NCBI GenBank assembly: GCA_048267245.1
Contig: JBLWXV010000001.1
Span: forward strand, 195,487-259,486
Direction of reading: 5' to 3'
Length of the DNA: 64,000 nucleotides
Source: Bacteriovoracaceae bacterium
Lineage (GTDB): Bacteria > Bdellovibrionota > Bacteriovoracia > Bacteriovoracales > Bacteriovoracaceae
Position numbers and translations under genes: made by a program. The notes beneath the pieces are model-generated. The model made no database searches. It saw nothing but the letters and a program-made list of their open reading frames with translations, and was not told where the DNA came from. Numbering within the stretch: the stretch's first letter is position 1; the number at the start of each line of letters is the position of its first letter. Below are positions 35,930 through 45,691 of this stretch, in pieces.

Positions 35930-38752
35930 ATGAGCATTAACGAAATTATTATCAATAAGGCCCGCGTCCACAACCTCAAGGACGTTAGTCTCTCAATTCC
36001 TAAGAACTCACTCACAGTAATCACTGGCCCTTCGGGCTCAGGCAAGAGTAGTTTGGCCTTTGACACTATTTATGTAGAAGGACAGCGAAGATATATTGAA
36101 TCCCTTAGCTCCTATGCCAGACAATTTCTGGGTCAGTTTCAACCCCCAGATGTTGAGAGCATCTCTGGACTCTCTCCTGCCATTGCCATTGATCAAAAGA
36201 CCAGTTCAAAAAACCCTCGCTCAACTGTCGGGACAATTACAGAAGTTTACGATTATCTTCGTATTCTCTTTGCTAGGGCCGGAACACTATTTAGTCCCAT
36301 TAATGGCAAGGAAGTTAAGCAATATACTCCTCATCAAATCCTACTCACGCTCCTCACATATCCTGAAAAGACCAAGCTTCATATTATGTCGCCTTTTAGT
36401 GCAGAAAACCCGGCGAGCTTTGCCAAGCAACTCACTAAGTTTACTGCCATGGGATTTAGCCGCATTTACTTAGACGGCGAAGTGAAGGGCATTGAAGAGC
36501 TCACAAAACCAAAGGGCAAGGGCCCTTTTAATGCCCACGTAGTAGTGGACCGCGTGCTTATTAAAAGTGAAATTGAAAAGCGCCTTACCGACTCACTAGA
36601 GTACGCGCTCAAAGTTTCAAATGGATTTGTGAGCGTTCTCATCGGTGAAGGGGAGGGCGAGGAGTTTGTCACTTTCAGTGAACACAATATGGCCCCGGGC
36701 GATGAGACGGTCTATCCAAATTTGGAGCCTAGACTTTTCTCATTTAACTCACCTGTTGGTGCCTGTCCCAAGTGTAATGGTCTGGGTGAATCTAAGAGTT
36801 TTGATGAAGCCCTTATGGTCACAGACACATCTCTTTCTATTGAAGATGGTGCCATCGGCCCCATCGCAAAGAAGAATCGCTTCCTCTACAATATGGTAGC
36901 TTGTGTTGCTGAAGCTGAAGGCATTGATATCAATGCACCACTAAAAAAGATATCGAAGAAGAATCTCGATTTACTTTTCCATGGCTCAGGTGACGTATAT
37001 ACCTTTAGCTTCACCTCTGAAAATTCACACTTTGAATTCACTAAAGAATTTCCCGGTATTGTAAATTGGCTTGATAAGAAATATCACGAAACCGGTAGTG
37101 ATAAAGTCCGTGGTGAACTTGAAAACTTTATGCACATCACTCGCTGCTCTGCTTGCCAGGGTCAGCGCTTAAATCCAGTTGCTCTCTCTACTAAGATCGC
37201 AGAGAGAAATATCATTGAACTTGCTGAATACAGTATTGAAGACGCCTATCACTGGTTTACCAAGCTTAAACTTGAGGGCGAAAAGAAGATCATCAGCGAA
37301 AAGATTCTCAAGGAGATCAATTCGCGCTTGAAGTTTCTTCTCGACGTCGGTCTTGATTACCTAACACTCAATCGCTCGGCCATGTCTCTTTCTGGCGGCG
37401 AAAGTCAGCGAATTAGACTTGCCACTCAAATTGGATCGGCCCTCTCTGGCGTTCTCTATGTACTCGATGAGCCGAGTATCGGTTTGCACCAACGTGATAA
37501 TGACCGTCTCATTGAGACCCTGAAATCCCTTCGTGATCTAGGCAATACTGTGCTCGTTGTTGAGCACGATGAAGATACAATGCGTGCTAGCGACTATATT
37601 ATCGACATGGGTCCAGGTGCTGGAATTCACGGGGGAACGATAGTTGCCAAGGGTACTCCTGCTGAAATTGAAAAACAGCAGGGCTCACTCACGGCCGCCT
37701 ATCTCAAAGGGGAGTCGGCAATTGAAGTCCCTAAAAAACGTCGCAGCTCAAGTGCTAAGATTAAACTCTCAGGTGCACAAGAAAATAACCTTCAAAAGCT
37801 CACAACTGAATTTCCTCTTGGAACACTGACTTGCGTAACAGGTGTCTCTGGCTCAGGAAAGTCCACACTTATTCACCGCGTACTTGTACCGGCCGTTAAG
37901 GAAAAGCTCTCGCGCCGAGGTGATACCTTTGGCCGCAAAAACTATAACAGCCTAACTGGTACCGATGCCCTTAAGAGTCTTATAGAGCTTGATCAATCGC
38001 CCATCGGAAGAACTCCTCACAGTAACCCAGCGACCTACACCGGTCTCTTTGATGAAATTAGAACTCTCTATAGTAAAACTCCTGAATCTCAAATTAGAGG
38101 CTACAAGCCCGGTCGCTTTAGCTTTAACGTTAAAGGTGGTCGCTGCGAAGAGTGTGAGGGCAATGGCGTAAAGAAAATTGAAATGCACTTCCTGCCCGAT
38201 GTCTTCATCACTTGTCAGTCTTGCTATGGAAAGCGCTACAATCCAGACACTTTAAGCGTCCTCTACAAAGGCAAGAATATCGCCGATGTACTCGATATGA
38301 GTATTGAAGAAGCATATGAGTTTTTTAAGAATCACACCAAAGCCTCTCGCGTTCTTAAGACCATGCTTGATGTGGGTCTGGGCTATATTAAACTGGGACA
38401 ACCAGCAACCACTCTCTCTGGGGGAGAGGCTCAGCGCCTAAAGCTCTCAAGAGAGCTCTCTAAGAGCACCCGTGGCCATTGCCTCTACGTGCTTGATGAA
38501 CCAACTACCGGTCTACACTTTGAAGACATTCGCATTCTTCTCAAAGCTATTAATGAACTTGTGGACCAGGGAAATAGCGTGATTGTAATTGAGCACAATC
38601 TAGATGTCATAAAGACAGCAGATCACGTCATTGATCTTGGCCCCGAGGGTGGCTCTCGTGGAGGGACGATCGTTGCCTCTGGAACCCCTGAGGATATCGC
38701 CAAAGAGACAAAGAGTTATACCGGCAAATATTTAAAGAAGTACTTAAAGTGA
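35930..38752 (+). CDS. uvrA: excinuclease ABC subunit A
   Basis: 940 aa. It has two ABC modules (GPSGSGKSSLAF and GVSGSGKSTLI, LSGGESQR and LSGGEAQR) and Zn-finger Cys clusters. Confidence 0.95.
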   Translation: MSINEIIINKARVHNLKDVSLSIPKNSLTVITGPSGSGKSSLAFDTIYVEGQRRYIESLSSYARQFLGQFQPPDVESISGLSPAIAIDQKTSSKNPRSTVGTITEVYDYLRILFARAGTLFSPINGKEVKQYTPHQILLTLLTYPEKTKLHIMSPFSAENPASFAKQLTKFTAMGFSRIYLDGEVKGIEELTKPKGKGPFNAHVVVDRVLIKSEIEKRLTDSLEYALKVSNGFVSVLIGEGEGEEFVTFSEHNMAPGDETVYPNLEPRLFSFNSPVGACPKCNGLGESKSFDEALMVTDTSLSIEDGAIGPIAKKNRFLYNMVACVAEAEGIDINAPLKKISKKNLDLLFHGSGDVYTFSFTSENSHFEFTKEFPGIVNWLDKKYHETGSDKVRGELENFMHITRCSACQGQRLNPVALSTKIAERNIIELAEYSIEDAYHWFTKLKLEGEKKIISEKILKEINSRLKFLLDVGLDYLTLNRSAMSLSGGESQRIRLATQIGSALSGVLYVLDEPSIGLHQRDNDRLIETLKSLRDLGNTVLVVEHDEDTMRASDYIIDMGPGAGIHGGTIVAKGTPAEIEKQQGSLTAAYLKGESAIEVPKKRRSSSAKIKLSGAQENNLQKLTTEFPLGTLTCVTGVSGSGKSTLIHRVLVPAVKEKLSRRGDTFGRKNYNSLTGTDALKSLIELDQSPIGRTPHSNPATYTGLFDEIRTLYSKTPESQIRGYKPGRFSFNVKGGRCEECEGNGVKKIEMHFLPDVFITCQSCYGKRYNPDTLSVLYKGKNIADVLDMSIEEAYEFFKNHTKASRVLKTMLDVGLGYIKLGQPATTLSGGEAQRLKLSRELSKSTRGHCLYVLDEPTTGLHFEDIRILLKAINELVDQGNSVIVIEHNLDVIKTADHVIDLGPEGGSRGGTIVASGTPEDIAKETKSYTGKYLKKYLK

Positions 38753-39507
38753 ATTTGATTGAAATTAATGATCTGACCCATGAAATATTAGCGCCTTTTA
38801 TTAATTTAAAGAATAAAAAGCACGACGAACAGATTGTGGTCGATGGCTCCCAAACTCTAGAGAATCTTCTTCTTCAAGGTGCTTGTCCGCACTATATTGT
38901 GGCCACTCCACATTTTTATCAAAATATACAAACTGTCCCCAATTGCCCTCTCTATGTCGCTCCAAGGGAATTGCTCGAGAAGCTCATTGGGTTTCGTCTT
39001 CACCAAGGTGTTCTGGCAATTTTTGATAAGCCTAAACTCGTCCCTGCCAAAGATCTTGATAATCGCGTCCTCTGCCTTAATGGTCTCACTGGGCCAGAAA
39101 ATGTAGGAACCATTATTCGCTCGCTGGTTGCTTTTGGAATGAATTCACTTCTTGTTGATGCTCGCACAGTTTCTCCTTACTCAAGAAGGGTTGCACGAGT
39201 CTCGATGGGAACGTTTAATCGCATCAAGGTATGCGAATACACTGACGTCACCAATGGTCTTGCTCAGTTAAAAAAAGATGGCCATGTGATAATTGGAACT
39301 CGCAATACACCAAACTCAAAATGTATCTCTCAGTTTGAATTTCCAGAAAAATTTGTTCTTGTTATTGGAAGTGAGGGCAAAGGAATGGATGCAGAGGTCG
39401 AAGCTCTATGCGATATCATGTTGAAAATATCCATAGAGCCCGGTGTCGATAGCCTCAATGCGGCCCAAGCCGCATCAATTATCTTACATAGAGCTTATCA
39501 AGCTTAG
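38749..39507 (+). CDS. TrmH/SpoU-family RNA 2'-O-methyltransferase
   Basis: The conserved stretches are [26 protein letters not shown] and [13 protein letters not shown]. Confidence 0.8.
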   Translation: MNLIEINDLTHEILAPFINLKNKKHDEQIVVDGSQTLENLLLQGACPHYIVATPHFYQNIQTVPNCPLYVAPRELLEKLIGFRLHQGVLAIFDKPKLVPAKDLDNRVLCLNGLTGPENVGTIIRSLVAFGMNSLLVDARTVSPYSRRVARVSMGTFNRIKVCEYTDVTNGLAQLKKDGHVIIGTRNTPNSKCISQFEFPEKFVLVIGSEGKGMDAEVEALCDIMLKISIEPGVDSLNAAQAASIILHRAYQA

Positions 39508-39977
39508 AGTGCTTCAATTGACTTGAGAAGTGCCGCCATTTCAATGGCCGACATAGCAGCGTCCCAGCCCTTATTTCCAGCTTTTGTTCCAGCGCGCTCA
39601 ATGGCCTGCTCGAGAGTGTCTGTCGTAATCACACCAAAAATAACGGGTGTTTTTGTGTCGAGACTCACGCGCGAAATACCCTTGGCCACTTCACTACTGA
39701 CATAGTCAAAGTGAGGTGTAGAGCCGCGAATAACAGCCCCCAAACAAATTACAGCATCATAACCACCGCGAGTGGCAAGCGTTTGAGCGGTAAGAGGAAT
39801 CTCGTAAGCACCAGGCACATAGGCCACATGAACATTGTCCATATTTGCCGAGTGTCTCTTTAAGCAATCAAGAGAACCCTCAAGTAATTTCCCACAAATA
39901 AATTCATTAAATCTTGAAACGACGATGGCAAATTTCTTACCCTCGGCACTTAGATTCCCTTCAAGAATTTTAGTCAT
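39504..39977 (-). CDS. ribH: 6,7-dimethyl-8-ribityllumazine synthase
   Basis: 157 aa. The conserved stretches are [17 protein letters not shown] and [14 protein letters not shown]. Confidence 0.93.
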   Translation of the reverse strand: MTKILEGNLSAEGKKFAIVVSRFNEFICGKLLEGSLDCLKRHSANMDNVHVAYVPGAYEIPLTAQTLATRGGYDAVICLGAVIRGSTPHFDYVSSEVAKGISRVSLDTKTPVIFGVITTDTLEQAIERAGTKAGNKGWDAAMSAIEMAALLKSIEAL

Positions 39978-39989
39978 TTCAAACTCCGA

Positions 39990-41180
39990 TTAATGGAGAT
40001 GATCACCTAAAAAGTGATTCATCTTAGTCTTCTTTGTTAACAAGTATTTCTTATTATGATCATTTGGTTCAAAGCTAAGTGAGACGCGCTCAACTACTTC
40101 AATCCCATGCTTTTCAAGCTCACTAATTTTAACTGGGTTATTGGTGAGCAATCTCACCTGATTTATCCCAAGTTCTTTTAACATCTGCGCCGCAATGTCA
40201 TAGCGTCGCAAATCTGCTTCAAAACCAAGTTGGTGATTGGCCTCTACCGTATCATAGCCCTGGTCTTGAAGAGCGTAGGCGCGAATTTTATTGGGAAGAC
40301 CAATTCCTCTACCTTCCTGTCTCAAATAGAGTATTACGCCCCCTTCAAGATTAATCCTTTCAAGAGCACCTTGAAGTTGCTCGCCGCAATCACAGCGTGA
40401 ACTTCCAAAGATATCTCCCGTAAAGCATTCAGAGTGCATGCGAACAAGAGGAATACCCGAAAAGTCTTTTGAGATGGCCACGTGGTGCTCAAGACCCTTT
40501 TCAAAAAGGTGAAGATCAAAATCTCCAAACTTAGTGGGAAGCTTAATCTGCTCAGTTTTTAATTTGTATTCAGCTTTTTTTTTGCGGTAATTAACCAGAG
40601 ACTCAATTGTGATTTTCTTCAAATTGAAGGTGCGACAAAATTCATCAAGCCCTTCACCACGAAGCATTGATCCATCTTCTGCCATAATCTCACAAATCAC
40701 TCCCACGGGGGCCAGGTCTGCTAGGCGACAGAGATCTACACTCGCTTCAGTGTGACCCGTGCGCTCTAAGACACCTCCATCGCGGGCGATGAGTGGAAAG
40801 ATATGCCCTGGTCTTAAAAGATCACTCGGCTTTGTTTGTGGATTAACAAGTTCCAGTAGTGTCAGTGCGCGATCGGCTGCTGATATTCCGGTTCCACCCT
40901 TAGCGGCATCAATTGAAACCGTAAAAGCCGTGTGGTGGACAGAGTCGTTTTCTTTAACCATTAAGTTGAGATCTAATTCTTTAGCTCTACTCTTAGTTAG
41001 AGGGGCACAAACCAAGCCTCTCGCATACTTCACCATAAAGTTAATCGCCTCTGGCGTAACTTTTTCTGCGGCCATTATTAGGTCGCCTTCATTTTCACGA
41101 TCTTCATCATCAACAACCACAACCATTTTGCCGGCCTTGATGTCTTCAATCGCTTCTTCAATGAGTGCAAAATCTTTCAT
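39990..41180 (-). CDS. ribBA: bifunctional 3,4-dihydroxy-2-butanone-4-phosphate synthase / GTP cyclohydrolase II
   Basis: The conserved stretches are [18 protein letters not shown] and [23 protein letters not shown]. Confidence 0.93.
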   Translation of the reverse strand: MKDFALIEEAIEDIKAGKMVVVVDDEDRENEGDLIMAAEKVTPEAINFMVKYARGLVCAPLTKSRAKELDLNLMVKENDSVHHTAFTVSIDAAKGGTGISAADRALTLLELVNPQTKPSDLLRPGHIFPLIARDGGVLERTGHTEASVDLCRLADLAPVGVICEIMAEDGSMLRGEGLDEFCRTFNLKKITIESLVNYRKKKAEYKLKTEQIKLPTKFGDFDLHLFEKGLEHHVAISKDFSGIPLVRMHSECFTGDIFGSSRCDCGEQLQGALERINLEGGVILYLRQEGRGIGLPNKIRAYALQDQGYDTVEANHQLGFEADLRRYDIAAQMLKELGINQVRLLTNNPVKISELEKHGIEVVERVSLSFEPNDHNKKYLLTKKTKMNHFLGDHLH

Positions 41181-41181
41181 T

Positions 41182-41838
41182 CTAAAATCCCATCTCTTTT
41201 ATCCAATCCATACTCAAGTCCTTCTTTGACGCTTGATTTTGAGATCGGTAAAAAAGTAAGTTTTCAACATACTTCGCAATAATATCCACTTCGAGGTTCA
41301 CAAGCGCGCCAGATCTTCTGTGTCTAAGAGCTGTTTGCTCCCAAGTATGTGGAATAATCGAGAGCATTAATTGGTGCTCTTCTCTTTTTAAGTCAGCAAC
41401 CGTGAGGCTTATGCCATCCACCGTAATCGAACCCTCTTTTACAATATAGGGTGCGCATTGGGGAGGATAAGACACCCATACGTCGTAGTTATTACCCTTT
41501 TTAAGTACGGTAACGATACTTCCCATTCCGTTGACGTGTCCTTGAACCAGGTGACCGCCAAGTCTCGTTTGTAGCTGCAGTGCAAGTTCGAGATTTACGT
41601 CTTCCCCGATGGATAATGCTCCGAGGGTCGTCTTCTCAAGCGTCGTATGAACGGCTTGAACGCGAAAATAGTCGCCTCCAAGCTCAGTTACAGTCTGACA
41701 GGCGCCATTAATTGAAACCGAATCATCAATTTCTAGATCTTTTATTAGGGCCGGTGCGTACACCTCAAGAGAGAGCCCTGAACTATTAGGAGTAAGAGAT
41801 TTCACCTTTCCAATTTCTTTGACGATACCTGTAAACAT
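41182..41838 (-). CDS. ribE: riboflavin synthase
   Basis: It has the MFTGIV N-terminus and duplicated barrel motifs ([11 protein letters not shown]-like and [11 protein letters not shown]). Confidence 0.92.
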   Translation of the reverse strand: MFTGIVKEIGKVKSLTPNSSGLSLEVYAPALIKDLEIDDSVSINGACQTVTELGGDYFRVQAVHTTLEKTTLGALSIGEDVNLELALQLQTRLGGHLVQGHVNGMGSIVTVLKKGNNYDVWVSYPPQCAPYIVKEGSITVDGISLTVADLKREEHQLMLSIIPHTWEQTALRHRRSGALVNLEVDIIAKYVENLLFYRSQNQASKKDLSMDWIKEMGF

Positions 41839-42866
41839 TAAGGCCTCCCCGTCATGAGAACTTGGCTTCCCACTGTATGGATTTGGATATCTTTTAATTC
41901 AATTGCTTGGGACATTTTTAAATTTAATTCATTGCTAAAAAATGCAGGACCATTTCCAATAAGTTTTGGAGCGATAAATACACTCAAGCGATCAACAAGT
42001 CCTGCGTTTAGAAACGAGCTACTAAGTTTTGGCCCTGCTTCAACTAGTATTGATGTGATACCACTCGCACCGAGATCGGCCATGAGTGCGGGGAGATCTG
42101 CTCCACTAACAAATAAGGTCTGTGTACTATATTCATCACTCATGAGCTTGAGATCGTGATTAAATTCTTTCTGGCTTCCCGTCACAACTATTCGCTTAGG
42201 GCAGGGCTTATTAACTAGCCACGCGTCTCTTGGAGTGAGAGAGGGATTATCAGAGCGAAGTGTGCCTGCTCCTATCAAGACGGCGTCGTAATCATTGCGC
42301 CACTGATGGACGATACTTCTGGCCTTCTCATCAGTGATCCACTGACTTGAACCACTCAATGTACTCATACGACCATCAAGGGTTTGAGCAATCTTTAAAT
42401 GAACAAAGGGCTTTCCTGTGGTGATATATTTAAAAAAGCTCTCATTGAGTTCAGCGCCCTCACTTTCAAGCACTCCTGTCTCAACTTCAATTCCAGCGGC
42501 ACGTAAAATTGCGACTCCCTTTCCGGCCACTTCAGGATTCGGATCAAGATTCGAAATTACAACACGCGCAGGCTTCTTATCCAGCAAGAGATTCGTACAA
42601 GGTGGAGTGCGCTTATTGGTATGACAACAAGGTTCGAGATTGCAGTAGAGGGTTGAGCCTTCAACTTCGCTCGCGTTTAGATTTTTTAAAGCATCGGGCT
42701 CTGCGTGCATTTGACCCGGGCCTTTGTGATAACCCTCGCCGATAACCTTGCCATCTTTAACAACAACAGCACCAACGAGTGGATTGGGCGAGACCATCCC
42801 TCTGGCCTTCAAGGCAAGTTCAAAGGTTTGGCGAATATAGCTTTTATCTGTCTCGGTCATGACCAT
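41838..42866 (-). CDS. ribD: bifunctional diaminohydroxyphosphoribosylaminopyrimidine deaminase / 5-amino-6-(5-phosphoribosylamino)uracil reductase
   Basis: It has the deaminase motifs HAEPDAL and CNLEPCCH and a C-terminal reductase domain. Confidence 0.92.
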   Translation of the reverse strand: MVMTETDKSYIRQTFELALKARGMVSPNPLVGAVVVKDGKVIGEGYHKGPGQMHAEPDALKNLNASEVEGSTLYCNLEPCCHTNKRTPPCTNLLLDKKPARVVISNLDPNPEVAGKGVAILRAAGIEVETGVLESEGAELNESFFKYITTGKPFVHLKIAQTLDGRMSTLSGSSQWITDEKARSIVHQWRNDYDAVLIGAGTLRSDNPSLTPRDAWLVNKPCPKRIVVTGSQKEFNHDLKLMSDEYSTQTLFVSGADLPALMADLGASGITSILVEAGPKLSSSFLNAGLVDRLSVFIAPKLIGNGPAFFSNELNLKMSQAIELKDIQIHTVGSQVLMTGRP

Positions 42867-42920
42867 TTATTGCAGAGCTTAAAAATTGGCCATTTCTATC
42901 ATGAATTGACCCCTTGGGCC

Positions 42921-42948
42921 AATAAAAAAGGGGGCTGCTTGAGCCCCC
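42921..42948 (-). terminator. rho-independent terminator downstream of atpE
   Basis: The minus strand reads GGGGGCT-CAAGC-AGCCCCC followed by TTTTTTATT. Confidence 0.85.
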
Positions 42949-43060
42949 TATATCTTATCTAAGTATCTAAGATTATTTGTGATTTGTCAGAGAACTTGCT
43001 TGTTCAGCCGCTCGCTAACGCTCACTGGTCCCTGGCGGGGCCATTAAAGCTTCGCTTTAA

Positions 43061-43378
43061 TTAAACAAGAAACACAGAAATAAGTGTGAAGATCACAAGT
43101 GATTCCATAAGAGCAAGACCAAGAATCATTGGAGTTTGAATCTTGTCAGCAGCAGCTGGGTTACGAGCGATACCTTCAAGAGCTGAAGAAGCAGCGTTTG
43201 ATTGAGCAGCTGTACCACCGAATACTGCGATAGCCATTGTGAAGAAGTAAGCGATGTACTTAACAGCTTGGTCAGAGAAACCTGCACCTGAACCGTCTTG
43301 AGCGAATACGCTACCAGAAGCAAGAAGAAGAACTGGAAGAACTACAGCGAAAACGAGGATGATTTTACGGAAATCCAT
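43061..43378 (-). CDS. atpE: F0F1 ATP synthase subunit c with N-terminal signal-like extension
   Basis: It has the hairpin-loop ARNP and the carboxylate helix LGLALMESLVIF. It is 105 aa, versus about 75-90 for most c subunits. The N-terminus is MDFRKIILVFAVVLPVLLLASGSVFA-QD. Confidence 0.9.
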   Translation of the reverse strand: MDFRKIILVFAVVLPVLLLASGSVFAQDGSGAGFSDQAVKYIAYFFTMAIAVFGGTAAQSNAASSALEGIARNPAAADKIQTPMILGLALMESLVIFTLISVFLV

Positions 43379-43413
43379 GAATAACTCCTAAAAAAAATTG
43401 TGGTTACACTAAA

Positions 43414-44178
43414 CTAGTGGTGATCACCATGATCGTGGTGAGCAGTCGCTAGACTAATGTAGACCATTGTTAACATTGTAAAAACGTAAGCTTGAATAAA
43501 GCACACCAAGAGACCGAGCAGATAGAATGGAATCGGCACGATGTAGGCGGCAAGTGTTGAGAATGTCTCAAGAACTTTGTGGTCACCCATCATGTTACCT
43601 TGCAAACGAAGAGCAAGTGAAACTGGACGAATGAAGTTAGAGAGAATCTCAATTGGGAAAATAAGAATTGCCATGTACCAAAGTGGACCGGCGAAGTGCT
43701 TTAAATAGTTAATAGTTCCAAGTTCCTTACAGCCCTTGATGTTGTAGTAAACAAACGCAAAGGCACCAAGGGCAAGAGTCGTTGAAATATACTCTGTTGG
43801 AGGAAGGAATCCTGGGATCAAACCAATGAAGTTTGAAAGAAAGATGAGAATAAAAATTGTCGCGACAAAGTTAAAGTACTTAGGAGCTTCTTTCTCGCCA
43901 ATAACAGCATTGAGCTGAGAGTAGATAAATTTGCCATAGAGTTCGATGATATTTCTAAAGGTAATTCCTTCATCAGGAATGACAACGTTAGAAACATTTG
44001 AAATTTTGGCACGATAGATAAGACCAATAGTAGTAAGGAAAAGTCCTACGAAGATGAGAGTGAGAATGTGACCTGGGATATGCGTGGCATGTTCAATTGT
44101 ACCAAGCCAAGTGAATCCACCAGCGGCCATTGCAGATGAAGATGCTAAAAGAGAAAGAAGTAAAACTAGTTTCTTCAT
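43414..44178 (-). CDS. atpB: F0F1 ATP synthase subunit a
   Basis: SLALRLQGNMMGDH contains the essential Arg motif. The N-terminus MKKLVLLLSLLASSSAMAAGG is signal-like. The C-terminus is His-rich (HHDHGDHH). Confidence 0.9.
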   Translation of the reverse strand: MKKLVLLLSLLASSSAMAAGGFTWLGTIEHATHIPGHILTLIFVGLFLTTIGLIYRAKISNVSNVVIPDEGITFRNIIELYGKFIYSQLNAVIGEKEAPKYFNFVATIFILIFLSNFIGLIPGFLPPTEYISTTLALGAFAFVYYNIKGCKELGTINYLKHFAGPLWYMAILIFPIEILSNFIRPVSLALRLQGNMMGDHKVLETFSTLAAYIVPIPFYLLGLLVCFIQAYVFTMLTMVYISLATAHHDHGDHH

Positions 44179-44558
44179 TAAGTATCCGTACGTTGAGGCT
44201 TTAAACTTAAAACCAGAATAAAAATTAGCGCGACGTAATTTAATAGCGCTATAATTATCTTTTTTTGCATAAAAAATCCACCTAATATCATCGAAATAAC
44301 GAGAATTAGATGTTTTGTGAGTGCTGGAACAATAATATCGCTTTTTTTGCGCTTCGCTAGAACACCACTAGAAACCGCCGCCACAACCATCTCATAGACC
44401 ATTTCGCGCAGCATATAAAGACTGGTAATCGTACCCAGAGTCGCTATCGCGTAGCCAATATATTCAAATGTTGTTTCGAGCAGAAACCCACCCGCCACCA
44501 AAAGGGGAAGTGCGAGTAGGGCAAATCTTTTAATATTGAGTTTGGGCTTAATCAGCAT
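44178..44558 (-). CDS. atpI: ATP synthase protein I-like membrane protein
   Basis: 126-aa hydrophobic protein directly upstream of atpB, sharing one nucleotide with its start. The assignment rests on position and size only. Confidence 0.5.
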   Translation of the reverse strand: MLIKPKLNIKRFALLALPLLVAGGFLLETTFEYIGYAIATLGTITSLYMLREMVYEMVVAAVSSGVLAKRKKSDIIVPALTKHLILVISMILGGFFMQKKIIIALLNYVALIFILVLSLKPQRTDT

Positions 44559-44615
44559 ATCGGCATTGAATAGACCACTTCATCTGGATGCGGCAAGTAA
44601 AAACGATACAGGTCA

Positions 44616-44849
44616 CTAGTCCTTCTTCTTAGTGTCCTCGCCTTCTTTCTTCTGATTTACCTTCAGTGCATACCAGACCATGAGAGAGAGTGATTGAATT
44701 ACGACGAGGAGGAATAGCCCCCAACCAAGACCTCTTGAGAGTATGCCCTCCTCAATGAGTTTCATCACAACTAGGGCCAGAGCAAAAATCGTTGAGGGAA
44801 GTCCCATGGCGATTCCCACCACGCGAATCCACTTTGGATCTATCTTCAT
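44616..44849 (-). CDS. AtpZ/AtpI-family small membrane protein
   Basis: 77 aa with two hydrophobic helices, located at the head of the atp F0 genes. A 4-nt overlap joins it to the upstream lipoprotein gene. Confidence 0.45.
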   Translation of the reverse strand: MKIDPKWIRVVGIAMGLPSTIFALALVVMKLIEEGILSRGLGWGLFLLVVIQSLSLMVWYALKVNQKKEGEDTKKKD

Positions 44850-45691
44850 CTTCGCCTGGCCACTCTTCTGTTATAAATTGCATTTAATCTATTCTGGATC
44901 ACTTGCGTGTTTGGGTATTCACCCAAGAGTGAGTAGTAGAGATTGTAGGCTTCTTTTAACTGCTCCATTGTCTCGTAGGCGTTGGCCACTAAGAACTTGG
45001 CCTTAATAATGCCGTCTCTTCTCTTTTCTCGTCGAATGTACTCGTTGAGAAAGCCAACCGAGTGGCGCCAATCTTTTTGTTGAAAGGCAGCTAAACCAGC
45101 CTCAAAGAAAGAATCGACATGGTAGAGATGACCCTCATCTCTTTGAATGCGCACAAAAACGTCTTCAGCACTAGCAAAGTCACCCAATCTCAAATAGCTC
45201 TGCCCAAGTCGATATTCATAGAAATCATAATTGGCCAAGCGTGGCTTAAAAGAGGAGAGGAGTAAGTAGCTCTCAATCGCCGCTTTATAATTTTTAATAA
45301 AGCTGAAATTAATATCGCCAAGTCTCTCCTCCACTTTCACCAGCCATAGAGGATCTTCAGTTACCTCTTTAACCTTGCGGTAGTAGGCAACTCCTTTGAC
45401 GTTATTATTTAGGTTGATGCTATATACTTCGCCAAGCTGATAGTAGATTTTCACCTTCATATCGTTGGGAGGATTGCTCTCTAAAATTCTCTCATAGAGT
45501 TCAATCGCCTCTGGATAGCGTTGCTCGACTAAGTAATTTTGCGCTTCAAATACGCGTTTATAGAGTGGGGGCGTGAAGTCACATCCCGCAAAAAGAAAAG
45601 GCCCTCCTAAGAGGGCCAAAATGAATATCAACTTATTGATTTTCACCACCGGCTTCTTCGCTGCCTTCATCTTCTTCAATGATACTGGCAA
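44846..45691 (-). CDS. TPR-repeat lipoprotein (BamD/YbgF-like)
   Basis: The lipobox is [14 protein letters not shown]-like repeats are present ([24 protein letters not shown]). The start is uncertain and overlaps the gyrA 3' end by 38-59 nt. Confidence 0.65.
   Translation of the reverse strand: MPVSLKKMKAAKKPVVKINKLIFILALLGGPFLFAGCDFTPPLYKRVFEAQNYLVEQRYPEAIELYERILESNPPNDMKVKIYYQLGEVYSINLNNNVKGVAYYRKVKEVTEDPLWLVKVEERLGDINFSFIKNYKAAIESYLLLSSFKPRLANYDFYEYRLGQSYLRLGDFASAEDVFVRIQRDEGHLYHVDSFFEAGLAAFQQKDWRHSVGFLNEYIRREKRRDGIIKAKFLVANAYETMEQLKEAYNLYYSLLGEYPNTQVIQNRLNAIYNRRVARRR

Noticed and set aside
42867-43060. FMN (RFN) riboswitch upstream of ribD
   Set aside because: Only about 55 nt separate the atpE terminator from the ribD start, and none of the conserved RFN segments are visible on the minus strand. 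The rib operon appears to lack this leader here.
45633-45691. 59-nt overlap between the gyrA 3' end and the TPR lipoprotein start as a possible frameshift or fusion
   Set aside because: Both reading frames are intact and have independent features: the acidic GyrA tail and the lipoprotein signal peptide. The likely explanation is a later start codon or a genuine overlap.
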